Position numbers and translations under genes: made by a program. Shown here piece by piece: positions 27,787-38,226 of a stretch of 64,000 bases of DNA. This DNA is from Oligoflexus sp. (GTDB taxonomy: Bacteria; Bdellovibrionota_B; Oligoflexia; Oligoflexales; Oligoflexaceae). Each line of letters begins with the position of its first letter. The first letter of the stretch is position 1. Under the pieces are notes generated by a model. That model did no database searches. It was not told the DNA's origin and worked only from the letters and a program-made list of their open reading frames with translations. Where the stretch lies: the NCBI GenBank assembly GCA_041736305.1, contig JBGSTX010000334.1:8754-72753 (forward strand), read 5' to 3'.

Positions 27787-27870
27787 TTTAAAACTCCGGA
27801 GGAAAACCCTCTTGATGAGGGGTTCTTTCCAGAATGCAATGATTACGCCAAAATTACCGAATTGTCTGAA

Positions 27871-28092
27871 CTAGCCAAGTACGACATCGCGAATTTCAGG
27901 AATGCGTTCTTTTAAGATCGGAACTATGCCATTAAATAGAGTAATTTGTGACGAAGGGCAACCCGAGCAACCTCCGAAGAGTCGAAGCGTAACTATGCCA
28001 TCATCGACATCCAAAAGTTCGCAGCCACCAGCGTGAAGCTCAAGCTGAGGATTGATATCTTTTTCAATGATTTCTTTGATTTGATCTATCAT
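27871..28092 (-). CDS. NifU/Nfu-domain Fe-S carrier protein
   Basis: INPQLELHAGG...LFGGCSGCPSSQITL; AGGAG RBS. Confidence 0.88.
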   Translation of the reverse strand: MIDQIKEIIEKDINPQLELHAGGCELLDVDDGIVTLRLFGGCSGCPSSQITLFNGIVPILKERIPEIRDVVLG

Positions 28093-28156
28093 GAGTCTTC
28101 TCCTGGACAGGCCAACGGTGGTTGTCTGTCCCTTCTAAATCGGATTTTTTTCACGT

Positions 28157-29077
28157 TTAGCCAAGTACTTTTTGCAGACCAAGGATAGCTGCCTGACCCA
28201 TAGCCATTATAGCCTCTTGGCTATTGCCAGCGGTATGGGGCGTAAGAACCACATTCTCAAGTGAGAACAAAGCCTTATCCCGCAAAGGTTCGTTTTCAAA
28301 AACATCGAGACCCGCACCTGCAACATGCCCATTTCGCAGGTAAGATTTGAGTGCTTCTTGATCTATTACAGATCCTCGACTGGTGTTAAAAATATAGACA
28401 CCTGGGCGAGTTTTTTCGAAATTACTGAAATTTAACATATGATACGTTAGAGGGGTAAGAGGCACATGAAAGCTGAGAACCTCTGCCCAAGAAAGCAAAG
28501 CAGTAAAATCTAATCTTGTGATACCTCGCCCTAGAGCCCAAGTTTCCTGCGGAACTATATCACAGTAGGCAAGCGAGCAGTTGAAAGCCTTTAAAAGTTC
28601 GGCCAGATGCTTTCCAATATGGCCGAGACCAATAATGCCGACCTTACGCCCGCTGAGACTGCATCCGCCGTTTTTTCGCCATTCACCTTGAGCAAGATAG
28701 CGCGAACTAATTCCAATTCTTCGACAAACAGCAAGCATGAGGCCGAGCGTATGCTCGGCTACAGCCTCACGGTTTACACCTGCTTCCCAGGCAAGCTTAA
28801 TATTGCGCTTAGCACAGGCCTGGAGATCGACGTTATCAAGTCCAACCCCATATTTTGCGATAACCTTAGGCACAGAACTCAGGCGTGAAAGGACAGCTTC
28901 AGAGACTTCTTCCCGACCCACCAGCCAACCAGTAGCTCCTTCCAAAGCTGCTGCTAGCAATTCGGGAGTTTGAAGCGTTTCACCAGGAACGTAGCGTATT
29001 TGATCAGGCTTAAAACAAACTTCCAAGGCGCGGCATAAGGGCGAATGCTTGATGAAGCTGCTCGCCGTAACGATAAT
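28157..29077 (-). CDS. D-isomer-specific 2-hydroxyacid dehydrogenase (SerA-like, no ACT domain)
   Basis: KYGVGLDNVD, AVAEH, GIIGLGHIG, HVPLT, NTSRG, GLDVFENEP, TPHTAG. Start uncertain (TTG 29026 or ATT/CTG 29077-29080). Confidence 0.88.
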   Translation of the reverse strand: MIVTASSFIKHSPLCRALEVCFKPDQIRYVPGETLQTPELLAAALEGATGWLVGREEVSEAVLSRLSSVPKVIAKYGVGLDNVDLQACAKRNIKLAWEAGVNREAVAEHTLGLMLAVCRRIGISSRYLAQGEWRKNGGCSLSGRKVGIIGLGHIGKHLAELLKAFNCSLAYCDIVPQETWALGRGITRLDFTALLSWAEVLSFHVPLTPLTYHMLNFSNFEKTRPGVYIFNTSRGSVIDQEALKSYLRNGHVAGAGLDVFENEPLRDKALFSLENVVLTPHTAGNSQEAIMAMGQAAILGLQKVLG

Positions 29078-29997
29078 CAGAGGAGTACCATGAGGCGATC
29101 TATGGTTAGAGCTCCGAAGATCCCAAAAAGATAAAAACAGGAGTAATAAAAGAGCGGCATCGCTCTTTCGTTCTCTTCACTCCACATCAATCGAAAAGCT
29201 AACCAGACGAAATAAAGCGTCAAGACCAATGCCGTGATACCAAAGAGCCAACTCGCAGCTCCGTAGAGTGAGAGAGAGATTACAGTTGGAACCAGAGTCA
29301 AAGTGTAGACAAACATTTGACGCCTGGTTGTCGGCAGCCCTCTTACAGATGGCATCATCGGAATGTTGGCCAGCGCGTAGTCGTCTTTATATTTAATCGC
29401 AAGCGCCCAAAAGTGAGGCGGGGTCCAAAGAAAGATGATTCCAAATAGCACCCAGGCTGGCCACGCGAGTTCACCGCTTACAGCAGCCCAACCGATCAGT
29501 GGGCCTACCGCACCGGCTGCTCCCCCAATAACGATATTTTGCACAGTACGGCGCTTAAGTAAGATCGTATAAATAACTACATAGAAGATATTTGCTGCCA
29601 CTGAAAGCCAAGCTGCGAGGGGTGTGGTCCAGCGATAGAGCACGAAAAAAGAAAGCACAGCCATCACTGTAGCGAATGCTGCCGCCTTGTTTGGATGCAC
29701 CTTGCCAGTCGGGATGGGGCGGTTCCGTGTTCTTTTCATAGTCTGATCGACGTCGGAGTCGACGAGGTGATTAAAGATCGCAGAAGAACCAGACGCCAAG
29801 TAGGTCCCGACAAGGGAAGCCATCGCGACACTAAATGAGGGCAACTGGCCACTGGCCATAAACAGAGTAGGTACGACAGTAACCACGACCAGTAAGGAGA
29901 TGGTCGGTTTCATCATTTGATAATAAGCTTGCCAGTCGATCTGAACGGGACTGCCGAAGGAAAGGGCGACAGAACCGGCTTTTAACTTAGGATCCAT
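29077..29997 (-). CDS. cyoE: protoheme IX farnesyltransferase (heme o synthase)
   Basis: DVDQTMKRTRNRPIP, YTILLKRRT, NIVIGGAAGA, FLWTPPHFWALA, DDYALANIPM. Confidence 0.93.
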   Translation of the reverse strand: MDPKLKAGSVALSFGSPVQIDWQAYYQMMKPTISLLVVVTVVPTLFMASGQLPSFSVAMASLVGTYLASGSSAIFNHLVDSDVDQTMKRTRNRPIPTGKVHPNKAAAFATVMAVLSFFVLYRWTTPLAAWLSVAANIFYVVIYTILLKRRTVQNIVIGGAAGAVGPLIGWAAVSGELAWPAWVLFGIIFLWTPPHFWALAIKYKDDYALANIPMMPSVRGLPTTRRQMFVYTLTLVPTVISLSLYGAASWLFGITALVLTLYFVWLAFRLMWSEENERAMPLFYYSCFYLFGIFGALTIDRLMVLL

Positions 29998-30194
29998 TGC
30001 GCTGCAACCTCGATACGAAGCATCCGGAGGCGTCGACTTAAGTGGAAGAACCAATAAGGAGTAGCCACGTCAATCCAGATGGGAAAAAAGACGCAAAGAA
30101 AAAATAATATAGGGAAGAGAAACATCACAACCAAAAGCGTGAACCAGCCCCTGGCTTCGAGTGAACGATGCGATTCATGATCTGGACTTGTCAT
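29982..30194 (-). CDS. small single-TM membrane protein
   Basis: GAGG RBS, hydrophobic segment WFTLLVVMFLFPILFFLCVFFPIW; overlaps the cyoE start. Confidence 0.55.
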   Translation of the reverse strand: MTSPDHESHRSLEARGWFTLLVVMFLFPILFFLCVFFPIWIDVATPYWFFHLSRRLRMLRIEVAAQWILS

Positions 30195-30329
30195 GCCTTA
30201 CCTCATACCAACACTGAAAGAAATCGACCATGCGCCGATAGCCACCACTATCTATCACGGAGCGCTTGCGTACAAAAGAGCTTTTCGACGCTTACAAGTC
30301 CAGCTCTCTCAAAGGTCTGCACTTCGAAT

Positions 30330-32630
30330 TTAGAGAGACGCCTTTAGGATGCGGTAAACTTCCCAGTTGCGCCAGACATTTTTTGCATAAGAGCTGGTTT
30401 CTCCGAAGCTAAGACCCTCTATCCAAAGTATTGTTTCGGAAGCCGCTCGCCGCTGGATCCATGCATCGACGACATACTCACCGGCATTATAAGCGGCAAA
30501 AGCTTTTGGCCATTCTCCGCTGTACCGCCGTCCAAGCTCGGCTAAATAGGCCGTTCCTAGGCTAATATTCAGCTCCGGCCTTTTGAGATCTTCAATTGGC
30601 GCGTCGAGCTTGAGGCCGAGACGCAAGGCTTGCCGATTGGCAGTAGGAACGATGAGCTGCATGAGGCCCACGGCTTCTGCGGGTGAATACGCTTCGGCCT
30701 GAAAGCTACTTTCTTGTCGAGTTATGGCAAAAGGCAAGTCCGAGTCGATATAATTTAGACCAGCGATACGCACATAGCTGTTTCGATAAGGACGAGGGTA
30801 GTAGATAAGAAGCTGCTCTGGATAATCCTCCCAAAATCCCTTCCGCACATCAGCGATCTGAGTGGTCAGTCCAATGACCTGCTGATGTTGACCAGCCATG
30901 TGAAGGAGCCGACTCACATAAAGACTCCCATTTACGTCCCGTATCAGTTCATCTCGGGGATAGACGTACCTATAAAGCTCACTCGCAAGAGGTTTAATCC
31001 AAGTTTGAACGCGAGCGGCCTGCACCAGTTCTGCTCTCAGCAAGCGGCGACCTGCCTCCCGATCTTTCATAAACGCAAGGGCTTCAAACTCCTCGCGGCT
31101 CTTCAAGCGCTCTCTAGCCGAGCTCAGGTCAATATCATCTTGCCACTTGTACTGTGGACGCAGACGCGGAACACCAACCACGTGATAAAAATTGAGTTTG
31201 AAGTTTTTCCTAAGCACCTCAAAATATTCTTCAGCTTTTCGCGTGTCGCCAAGTTCCTGAAAAGATCGACCTATCCAGTAATTAAGCTTGGCTGAAAGCC
31301 CGCTTTCGGGGCCTGCCGAATCTAAGAGCTCGCTCCAAACCGAGATAGCCTGAGGACGGTCACCTAAAAGATATTTAAACCAGCCCTCCCCCCATTTTAG
31401 ACGATCTTTCCATTCGCCACCAATCTCGGGCAAGGCTTGTGCAACCTGTATCATAGCTAGGGCACTGGTATAGTTTTTTTGCTCAAAAGCGATGCGAGTG
31501 GCGAGAATGTGATAAGCGTCTGCCTTCTGTTCGTCTAGAGCTACCCGCTGGGCTTTGCTTAGATCGGGAATCGCACCATAAGCCCGATTAAGTGCATCTA
31601 TACTGTTTTGAACACCTATACGAGCATTTTCATAGTCGCCCAGAAGAGCTTGATTGCGACCAACCCAAAGACCCGACTCAGCCTGCCGCTTCACTAATTC
31701 AAAGCGACTCCAGCCGACACTTGCGGGGTTAAGATTAGTTTCCATCAAAATTTTGTGCTGCAATCTATAGGCTGCAGCTGCTTCCTCGCGACGACCGAGA
31801 GCTTTCTGAGCTTGTATCAATCGCTCCGCAGCATTGATTGCCAGTGCCTGGGATTTCTTCTCTTCTTCAAGTTGGGGTAAAGCTGACTGCAATGCATTTA
31901 CCGCGGCTTCATAATTTTTGAGACAGGAAGCCAAGAGACCATCCCAATAGGCACGGCGTGAGCTTGTTAACTGACGAACCCACTTTTGCCAAGAAGGTGG
32001 TAATTCTCGATTGCACGCGGTTTGCACAGCCTTTTCCCAAAATGGATCGTCTCGAATACTTGTAGGATCGGGAGGCCAGGCAATGTCTTGGGTCCTAGAC
32101 TTCTCTCTGGAACGGAGATCGTCTATACGATCGCTTAGTTTCTCTAGCTTGAGCAGCTTTTGCTTTTGCAGCCATGGACTTAGGTTCCCATCTTTAGTCT
32201 GCGCGAGAAGCAGCCGTGCAAGAACCTCAGAATTGGTTTGGCTCCCTAGCACTTTATCGCTGTTCTGAACCCAGTGACGAAAAGCTTCAGAGGCAAGGGC
32301 ACCAGCGTCCATTTGCATCACCGTTAGCCACTTTTGTGCGGCCGTCTCCCAGCGTTCCTGATTCTCCAGTTCCTGCGCCTGCAGAGCCAAGATAATATCT
32401 GCGCTAACGTCTTTCCAATCCTCGCGCTCAGCCACGAGGCGGCTGAGCCTTGCTTGCTGCTCGCCGGGCCCATCGGCTGGTTCCAGCTCAGTTGGCGCCT
32501 CTTCGATTGAAATAAGAGGTTGATAGCCAGCCTCCTGTGTAACACAGGCACTGGTAGCCATCAGTAAGGGAACAAGGAGTGAAATGACGGTCGAAAGCGT
32601 CGGCCGGAAGGGAGGCCTCTTTTGAGTCAT
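30330..32630 (-). CDS. slt: soluble lytic transglycosylase (Slt70-like, TPR scaffold), lipoprotein
   Basis: [45 protein letters not shown] lipobox. Confidence 0.88.
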   Translation of the reverse strand: MTQKRPPFRPTLSTVISLLVPLLMATSACVTQEAGYQPLISIEEAPTELEPADGPGEQQARLSRLVAEREDWKDVSADIILALQAQELENQERWETAAQKWLTVMQMDAGALASEAFRHWVQNSDKVLGSQTNSEVLARLLLAQTKDGNLSPWLQKQKLLKLEKLSDRIDDLRSREKSRTQDIAWPPDPTSIRDDPFWEKAVQTACNRELPPSWQKWVRQLTSSRRAYWDGLLASCLKNYEAAVNALQSALPQLEEEKKSQALAINAAERLIQAQKALGRREEAAAAYRLQHKILMETNLNPASVGWSRFELVKRQAESGLWVGRNQALLGDYENARIGVQNSIDALNRAYGAIPDLSKAQRVALDEQKADAYHILATRIAFEQKNYTSALAMIQVAQALPEIGGEWKDRLKWGEGWFKYLLGDRPQAISVWSELLDSAGPESGLSAKLNYWIGRSFQELGDTRKAEEYFEVLRKNFKLNFYHVVGVPRLRPQYKWQDDIDLSSARERLKSREEFEALAFMKDREAGRRLLRAELVQAARVQTWIKPLASELYRYVYPRDELIRDVNGSLYVSRLLHMAGQHQQVIGLTTQIADVRKGFWEDYPEQLLIYYPRPYRNSYVRIAGLNYIDSDLPFAITRQESSFQAEAYSPAEAVGLMQLIVPTANRQALRLGLKLDAPIEDLKRPELNISLGTAYLAELGRRYSGEWPKAFAAYNAGEYVVDAWIQRRAASETILWIEGLSFGETSSYAKNVWRNWEVYRILKASL

Positions 32631-33004
32631 CCGCGATTTCCTATCACTTGATTCTGAGCAAACTCTAGCTCAGCAACGGGTTTGCCCTCTATCAGGTGTT
32701 CTTGAATGATTCGCTCTAGTCCAATCTTGTCGATACTTCGATACCAAGTCCCTTCGGGATAAACCACAGCAATAGGACCGTCGCAGCAGACCCGAAGGCA
32801 TTTGGCTTTGGTCCGGAAGACTTTGCCCGACCCTCCGGGACTTACGACTCCGAGCTCTTTGAGCCGATGCTTGAGATGATCCCAGAGTTCTTCGCCTCGA
32901 CTTTCTTTACAGCACTCCGGTCCACCGCAGAAGATGATATGCCGCTCATAAGTAGCGAGGCGCAAGGCCTGCCCTTTCTTGTCACTTTCGAAGGTCTTTG
33001 TCAT
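32627..33004 (-). CDS. thioredoxin-like [2Fe-2S] ferredoxin
   Basis: HIIFC...CC, KCLRVC..GP...[15 protein letters not shown]. Confidence 0.88.
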   Translation of the reverse strand: MTKTFESDKKGQALRLATYERHIIFCGGPECCKESRGEELWDHLKHRLKELGVVSPGGSGKVFRTKAKCLRVCCDGPIAVVYPEGTWYRSIDKIGLERIIQEHLIEGKPVAELEFAQNQVIGNRG

Positions 33005-34020
33005 AAGTGTCCTTCAACAACGGTTCCTGACCAGGAAAGCCCTCCCTCGAGGACTCTTCCTCCGACTTCTTCCATGGCACGGCGTACTCGAGACTGCACT
33101 GAAGGCTCAGCAAAAACGGCCATGACCCCACCACCGCCAGCTCCGCAAATTCGCGTGAACATAGCCCCCGCTCCGACGGCTGCTGCTGCAATACTCTTCG
33201 TTTCTGGCGTTTCAATGTCGGACCAAAGTTTAGTCCTCAACTTCCATTCTGCCGAAGAGAGGCGGAATACTTCTGACCATTCGTGGCGCTTAACGGCACC
33301 TGCAACAGACTCACTAAGCGCGCCGATTTCATTGAGAGTATTGATCGTGAAGGCGTCACCTTCAAAGGCTTTTTTGAAAATTGCCCAGTTGTTTGTCCCC
33401 GAAGCCCTTGAAACCCCGCTGTAGCAGAGCATAAGAAGCTCCTCGAGCTGCTTGCCTTCGGTAGCTCGCAAAGTCTCAATCGCTGTTTCACCGGGTGGAT
33501 AGCTTATAATATTGATGCCGCCGCGAAGGCCTCCCCAATAATCCTGGCAGCCGGTCGGAACTTTGATGACGGACGTTTCTAAATCCTGAACTCGTTGGAC
33601 CAGCTCAGCTTCCTTGAGTTGCAGTGGGATTCCCAGGTCGGCGCGAGCGCGAAGGAGAGCGCTTGCCATGGCAATACCTAGACAGGACGAACCACCAAGA
33701 CCGGCCCCTGCGGGCGACTTAGCAGCCACCTTGATACTGAGGGGGGGAAGCTCTTCATTCCAGAAATGATCGAGGAGCTTTTCAAGTAGGGGAAGCCGGT
33801 TTTGATGAAGCACCTCTGCCCAGGTACCGCTGAGAGATACTCCTTGATCGAGACTATGGAGCTCAAATTTTCGCTCACTCCGATCGACGGTCACTCGCGC
33901 ATGGAGGGTGACACCAAAATTTACTGTCTTTTTATGGGTGAGGATCTGAGTCATAGGGGCAATGTCAAGCGTTCCCCCAGCAAGATCGACGCGAGTAGGG
34001 CTAAGGGCCGTGACAGACAT
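33001..34020 (-). CDS. GHMP kinase (HddA-like sugar-phosphate kinase)
   Basis: [35 protein letters not shown]; strong AAGGAG RBS at ATG 34020. Confidence 0.85.
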   Translation of the reverse strand: MSVTALSPTRVDLAGGTLDIAPMTQILTHKKTVNFGVTLHARVTVDRSERKFELHSLDQGVSLSGTWAEVLHQNRLPLLEKLLDHFWNEELPPLSIKVAAKSPAGAGLGGSSCLGIAMASALLRARADLGIPLQLKEAELVQRVQDLETSVIKVPTGCQDYWGGLRGGINIISYPPGETAIETLRATEGKQLEELLMLCYSGVSRASGTNNWAIFKKAFEGDAFTINTLNEIGALSESVAGAVKRHEWSEVFRLSSAEWKLRTKLWSDIETPETKSIAAAAVGAGAMFTRICGAGGGGVMAVFAEPSVQSRVRRAMEEVGGRVLEGGLSWSGTVVEGHL

Positions 34021-34172
34021 GACTCTCTCCTTTCCTGACAAGTTGAGCAACAGACGCAAGTTTGGCAGCGATCCTTGGACCTTGAAAAGTTCCATGCTAA
34101 ACTAAAATGAATCGTTTTTCACGCGCCCACGATCGAAGTGCTTGAACACCATCCAAGAGGAACCCCCCTCTT

Positions 34173-34700
34173 ATGTCACGTCAATCTGACTTTTTGTCTC
34201 AACGTCGGCGCATCTGCTCTTGGGATCTGCAGCCGCAGCAATTAGATAGTTTCAAAGCATCGCTCGAGCAACAGCTACGGTTTTTACCACAAATGACATG
34301 GTACCGTCTAAAAGCCTTGGATGATCCCGAACTCTTTCCTTGCGACCTACTTGTAGTCTATAGTTGGCATCTCAGTGAAAACGAGATGCTGATGTGGCTT
34401 GATGGCTTCGAGAAGCGCCTTAAAAAGCAACGCGCTATCTGGATTCCCTCTTTAATCGTAACGCCACTGGCCCTCAGCAGTATTCCAGAAATCTTGGAGA
34501 GGACACTCCAATCGAACTGGTATTTTGACCTCATTCATCCGGAGCATCTTAGCAGCTTGCCGATTAGGGTGGCTAATCTCCTGAGGATTCACGACCATCT
34601 CCACGAACTTGAGCGGTATGAGTCAGAGATTACCCAACTGCAAACAGTCGTGGGTTCGATAGAAAAAGAACTCGAACGCTTAAAGAACGGAGCGACGTAA
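34173..34700 (+). CDS. hypothetical protein (possible degenerate receiver-like fold with C-terminal coiled coil)
   Basis: GAGG RBS; DLLVV...IPSLIVT...RVANLLR pattern followed by heptad helix. Confidence 0.55.
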   Translation: MSRQSDFLSQRRRICSWDLQPQQLDSFKASLEQQLRFLPQMTWYRLKALDDPELFPCDLLVVYSWHLSENEMLMWLDGFEKRLKKQRAIWIPSLIVTPLALSSIPEILERTLQSNWYFDLIHPEHLSSLPIRVANLLRIHDHLHELERYESEITQLQTVVGSIEKELERLKNGAT

Positions 34701-34705
34701 AAAAG

Positions 34706-35002
34706 GTGAGCTACATACCTGAGGCACAGCTGGAAGGCCCGAATCTGATCATGCACTACATTCTCGAGTGCCGAGGGAGAGGTCATTTCCTACCTTATGA
34801 TGAGCACCGGGTCATCAGCCGCTGGTTGGCTGCAGCGCAAGACGACGCCGACATACTCCTTCTAGTGCTTTCGGATGTGCTGCCAGATTTTTACCTGAAA
34901 GCCAGTGGGCGGTCTCAGCCGCCTTCTCTTCTTCGCGTCGATAAAAAGGTCAAGAAGATCCTAGAAGCTCGGTTCCAACGCGAGGCGAGTTCCTCCAATT
35001 GA
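34706..35002 (+). CDS. hypothetical protein
   Basis: 98 aa ORF packed in the same-strand gene run; no recognised domain. Confidence 0.55.
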   Translation: MSYIPEAQLEGPNLIMHYILECRGRGHFLPYDEHRVISRWLAAAQDDADILLLVLSDVLPDFYLKASGRSQPPSLLRVDKKVKKILEARFQREASSSN

Positions 35003-35028
35003 CTAATCAAAAGTAATGGGAGATCACG

Positions 35029-35361
35029 GTGAGCCCTCAGCTTTTCAACGTTAACGACGATACTCTTCGGACTTATATAAAAGAAAAAAAGCAACCGGTC
35101 CTCGTGGCTTTCTGGGCGCCCTGGTGTGGACCTTCAACTGTCATGGAACCTATCCTTCGCGAGCTAGCTATTGACTACGGTAAACGGCTCGTCGTAGCTC
35201 GTCTGAATGTCGATGAAAATGCGCATGCACCGGTAGAGTTTGGTATCAAGTCGATTCCGCAGATTCTTCTGCTCAATGAAGGCGAAGTTGTAGGCTCATT
35301 GACTGGGCCCCAGCCCAAGGCCAAACTCATGGAGCTACTGGACAAGAGCTTGCCTCTTTAA
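35029..35361 (+). CDS. thioredoxin-family protein with monothiol WCGPS site
   Basis: PVLVAFWAPWCGPS, LNVDEN, FGIKSIP; GGGAG RBS. Confidence 0.88.
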   Translation: MSPQLFNVNDDTLRTYIKEKKQPVLVAFWAPWCGPSTVMEPILRELAIDYGKRLVVARLNVDENAHAPVEFGIKSIPQILLLNEGEVVGSLTGPQPKAKLMELLDKSLPL

Positions 35362-35433
35362 TCGATCTCCGCGTGCTTTTTCTCCACTACCTGCCTATAC
35401 TCCGAAACTTCGCTCACTGCCGAAAAAGGAAGA

Positions 35434-36096
35434 GTGGCTATGGCGGATAAAGTATCGAAGGGGCGCCTCGAGGCTCAGTATAGGAGACAAAACCTTCGGA
35501 TCTTAGGAGTCGATGAGGTAGGCCGCGGTTGCCTGGCAGGTCCAGTTTATGCAGCTTGTGCGGCAATTGACTACCAAAAACTTGCCAAACTCGACAGCCG
35601 CACTAAAGGGCTAATTCGAGACTCTAAAACTTTGAGTCGACGTCAGCGCCAGAGTATTTTGCCTACGCTACACTCAATCTGCTCGGAACAGACGATAGGT
35701 ATCGCCAGCGTCGAAGAAATAGAGACCGATGGTATAGTCTCCGCAACTTTTCGCGCAATGCATAGAGCTTTCTCGGATCTGCAAGATAGCTACGATCTTC
35801 TTCTTATAGACGGCAAGCATACCAATCCTTTGATTGATATTCCGCAAGAGACGGTAATAGGCGGCGATGGACTCTGTTTTGCGATTGCTGCAGCTTCGAT
35901 TATAGCTAAAGAAGCTCGGGATAGCTTCATGCATGCCGCGGCGAAGACTTACCCAGACTATGGTTTTATCGACAACGTTGGCTATGGAACTAAAACCCAT
36001 TTAGAAGCCTTGCTAGTCCATGGGATCACGCCTCTTCATCGGCGCAACTTTGCGCCTATATCTGAAATAGCGCGCAACTCACCCGCTTTTTCATAA
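35434..36096 (+). CDS. rnhB: ribonuclease HII
   Basis: GVDEVGRGCLAGPV, DSK, LIDG, GD...IAAASIIAK, GYGT..H, HRRNF. Confidence 0.94.
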   Translation: MAMADKVSKGRLEAQYRRQNLRILGVDEVGRGCLAGPVYAACAAIDYQKLAKLDSRTKGLIRDSKTLSRRQRQSILPTLHSICSEQTIGIASVEEIETDGIVSATFRAMHRAFSDLQDSYDLLLIDGKHTNPLIDIPQETVIGGDGLCFAIAAASIIAKEARDSFMHAAAKTYPDYGFIDNVGYGTKTHLEALLVHGITPLHRRNFAPISEIARNSPAFS

Positions 36097-36141
36097 GATG
36101 TCTCTCGATTTCTCTGAGCTATTGGCCCAGCCTCTCCTTTT

Positions 36142-36534
36142 TTGGAGGATCGACCGGTGGCTAGAGAGCATTATTCGCTGGGACGAAGGGGCGAGAATTG
36201 GGTCGCCAACTTAGTCGAATCTCGAGGTTGGACAGTCCTAGCCCGCAATTGGCGCCGCCGCGGCGTAGAATTAGATATTGTGGCTTTACGTACCGGGGAC
36301 TTAATTATTCTAGAAGTGAAGACTCGCCGCGACTCGAGGGCGCTCGAAGATCCTCACCGAGTCCTCTCTTGGGGAAAACGTAAGGCGTTCATTCGAGGCG
36401 CTCATTTATACTTGAGTCATGAACAAGACCTTGCGGCTTTAAGCATTCGCCTCTATTTAGCGGTGCTACTGTTCGAAGGTGGGCGCTTTAAAGCTCGCTG
36501 GCATCCAATAGAGATCACCGACGATCTCGTGTAA
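36142..36534 (+). CDS. yraN: YraN family putative endonuclease
   Basis: LGRRGE, GWTVLARNWR, ELDIVA, EVKTR; follows rnhB. Confidence 0.88.
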   Translation: MEDRPVAREHYSLGRRGENWVANLVESRGWTVLARNWRRRGVELDIVALRTGDLIILEVKTRRDSRALEDPHRVLSWGKRKAFIRGAHLYLSHEQDLAALSIRLYLAVLLFEGGRFKARWHPIEITDDLV

Positions 36535-37114
36535 AAATTCGCCGGAATGTTAGATTGATCCGTGGCTCCACAGCTTTTTTTGTTTTTGCAATCGCATGCA
36601 CAAAATGTTCTTGAAGCTTTCCTCGCATAATCAGCAAACTTCCATCTTCCAATGCAATTTCAAAGCGTCGTTGGCTCACACTCTCCTTTTCTTTGATGAG
36701 AAAACGACGGGTTCCACCAAAACTAGCCGACGCGATGACTGGCTCACTTCCGAGCTCTTCTTCGTTATCTGCGTGATAGCCCTGGTAATGTCCGCCATCA
36801 GCATATCGATTAGCCAGAACTGCGTTAAAACGGCTTTGGGAATAGGCCTCGGCTTGCTTCCTTATGGAGATGAGATCTACCGTCCAAGGCAAAGGGGAGT
36901 TCTGTATTCCCGAGTACGAATAGGAAGCTTCGGGGTCCCCGTACCAGGCAGTAAGACGTGGAAGCTTGATGTCCCGCCCGTATATTTTTATTTTATCCTG
37001 TTTCCAGACCAGCGATCGGTCCAGCTCTTCAAACAGGGAAATTGGCCAGACCTTAGGCCAATATAGTATTTCACCGGTTGAATCAGAAAGAATAATTTCC
37101 GGCGCTCGATTCAA
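36515..37114 (-). CDS. AlkB-family 2OG-Fe(II) dioxygenase (ALKBH2/3-like)
   Basis: PRLTAWYGD, YSYSG, FNAVLANRY, HADNE, IASASFG, HAIAK, RINLTFR; TTG 37114 behind AAGGA avoids overlap with the vWA gene. Confidence 0.9.
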   Translation of the reverse strand: MNRAPEIILSDSTGEILYWPKVWPISLFEELDRSLVWKQDKIKIYGRDIKLPRLTAWYGDPEASYSYSGIQNSPLPWTVDLISIRKQAEAYSQSRFNAVLANRYADGGHYQGYHADNEEELGSEPVIASASFGGTRRFLIKEKESVSQRRFEIALEDGSLLIMRGKLQEHFVHAIAKTKKAVEPRINLTFRRIFTRDRR

Positions 37115-37145
37115 GTGCAGTCCTTTCAAAAAAGCCGCTGTCTCT

Positions 37146-38162
37146 TCAAAGGTTATATACGTACTTAGCTTGGAGGACCATTCCAGCTTTAAAACCGCTT
37201 GAGGGGAGCAGATAGACACGATTTTCCATCGCGTTAAAGTTCCAGGCATCAGGGCCTAGAGTCCTACCATCTATAGTGACAAGTATACGATCTGCACTCA
37301 GCGGCTTTTTCGATAAAAGGAGAGACGCACTGCGCTTCTTGATATCGTTAGAAAATCGTTGAAGTAAATCTGACCAATTATCCGAACAGATATCCAGCAC
37401 GGTGCCTCCTGTTCGCTTCGCCAAAGAAATATATTCTTCACCGACACGAGCGATTTCACAGCTGCCAGTGGACTCTGATGAATCGGGCACACCTATGATA
37501 CCGCTAACAGTGGCATTCCAAATGTTTTCAGGGTCAAAGTCTTCGGCAAGGTTACCAAAGTCATCATCGCGAGCAGAGTCATTTGAACCGTCATCGTCGC
37601 TAACTATTAACACTTCTAACTGGGCGTCGTCTCTAAATGAGAGTGGCTCGTCCATGGGCTCCCCGTAAACATCGAGGTAGCGGTCATCTAGCTCGCCTGA
37701 AAGAAGGGCAGACACGCGGCCGAGGGCATCGTGGCTGCCGACCGATTTCGCTACTAAAGCAGCCCGATCCACCTCGATCCCCGCGGGAAATTCAAAGACT
37801 ATCTTGGGGTCACTATTTTCATCTCTTTTACGTTTATCACGTCCTCCAGCTATTACATGTATCCTAGGATCTAGATCACTTTTTTGAAGACCTAGTAATA
37901 GAGTCTGAATATTGTTCTCTACTGCTTCTTTTTCTTCGTTCATACTCCCACTGGTATCAATAGCGACAACAAGGTCCAGCCCATTCAAGAGTTGGCTGCT
38001 ATCGGTATTGAGCGCGGATTGTCGGCTATCGAAATTTCCAATGGGGTTATAGTCGCTTAAGGAGCCTTTACTCCCTTGGCCACTAAGGTTTTTGAAGGTA
38101 TCGTTACAACCGTTCCCGAGGAGTGCCGCTGCCACGAACAGGCACAGTGAAGCCTTCTTCAT
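37146..38162 (-). CDS. vWA (MIDAS) domain lipoprotein
   Basis: MKKASLCLFVAAALLGNGC lipobox; DLVVAIDTSGSM, VLIVSDDD, TGG...DIC; C-terminal Ig-like strand pattern. Confidence 0.8.
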   Translation of the reverse strand: MKKASLCLFVAAALLGNGCNDTFKNLSGQGSKGSLSDYNPIGNFDSRQSALNTDSSQLLNGLDLVVAIDTSGSMNEEKEAVENNIQTLLLGLQKSDLDPRIHVIAGGRDKRKRDENSDPKIVFEFPAGIEVDRAALVAKSVGSHDALGRVSALLSGELDDRYLDVYGEPMDEPLSFRDDAQLEVLIVSDDDGSNDSARDDDFGNLAEDFDPENIWNATVSGIIGVPDSSESTGSCEIARVGEEYISLAKRTGGTVLDICSDNWSDLLQRFSNDIKKRSASLLLSKKPLSADRILVTIDGRTLGPDAWNFNAMENRVYLLPSSGFKAGMVLQAKYVYNL

Positions 38163-38199
38163 AGAAATCCCTCTATATTTCGGTCTTTTTCTTTGCTCC

Positions 38200-38226
38200 T
38201 TATCGGAAATATTTGGCAAAAGTTTA
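38200..38226 (-). promoter_or_regulatory. putative sigma28/FliA-like promoter for the vWA lipoprotein
   Basis: Minus strand TAAA-N15-TCCGATAA (one mismatch to consensus), 37 nt upstream of ATG 38162. Confidence 0.7.

Noticed and set aside
30215-30241. TGAA-N15-GCCGATAG on the plus strand
   Set aside because: It points antisense into the slt 3' end with no supported downstream gene; cannot be distinguished from chance.
32867-33424. 185 aa plus-strand ORF, and similar antisense ORFs at 20555-21142 and 58571-59122
   Set aside because: Antisense shadows of well-supported genes (GHMP kinase, ppk1, def).
37115-37249. Long overlap between the AlkB-like ORF and the vWA gene
   Set aside because: Removed by using TTG 37114, which has an AAGGA RBS.
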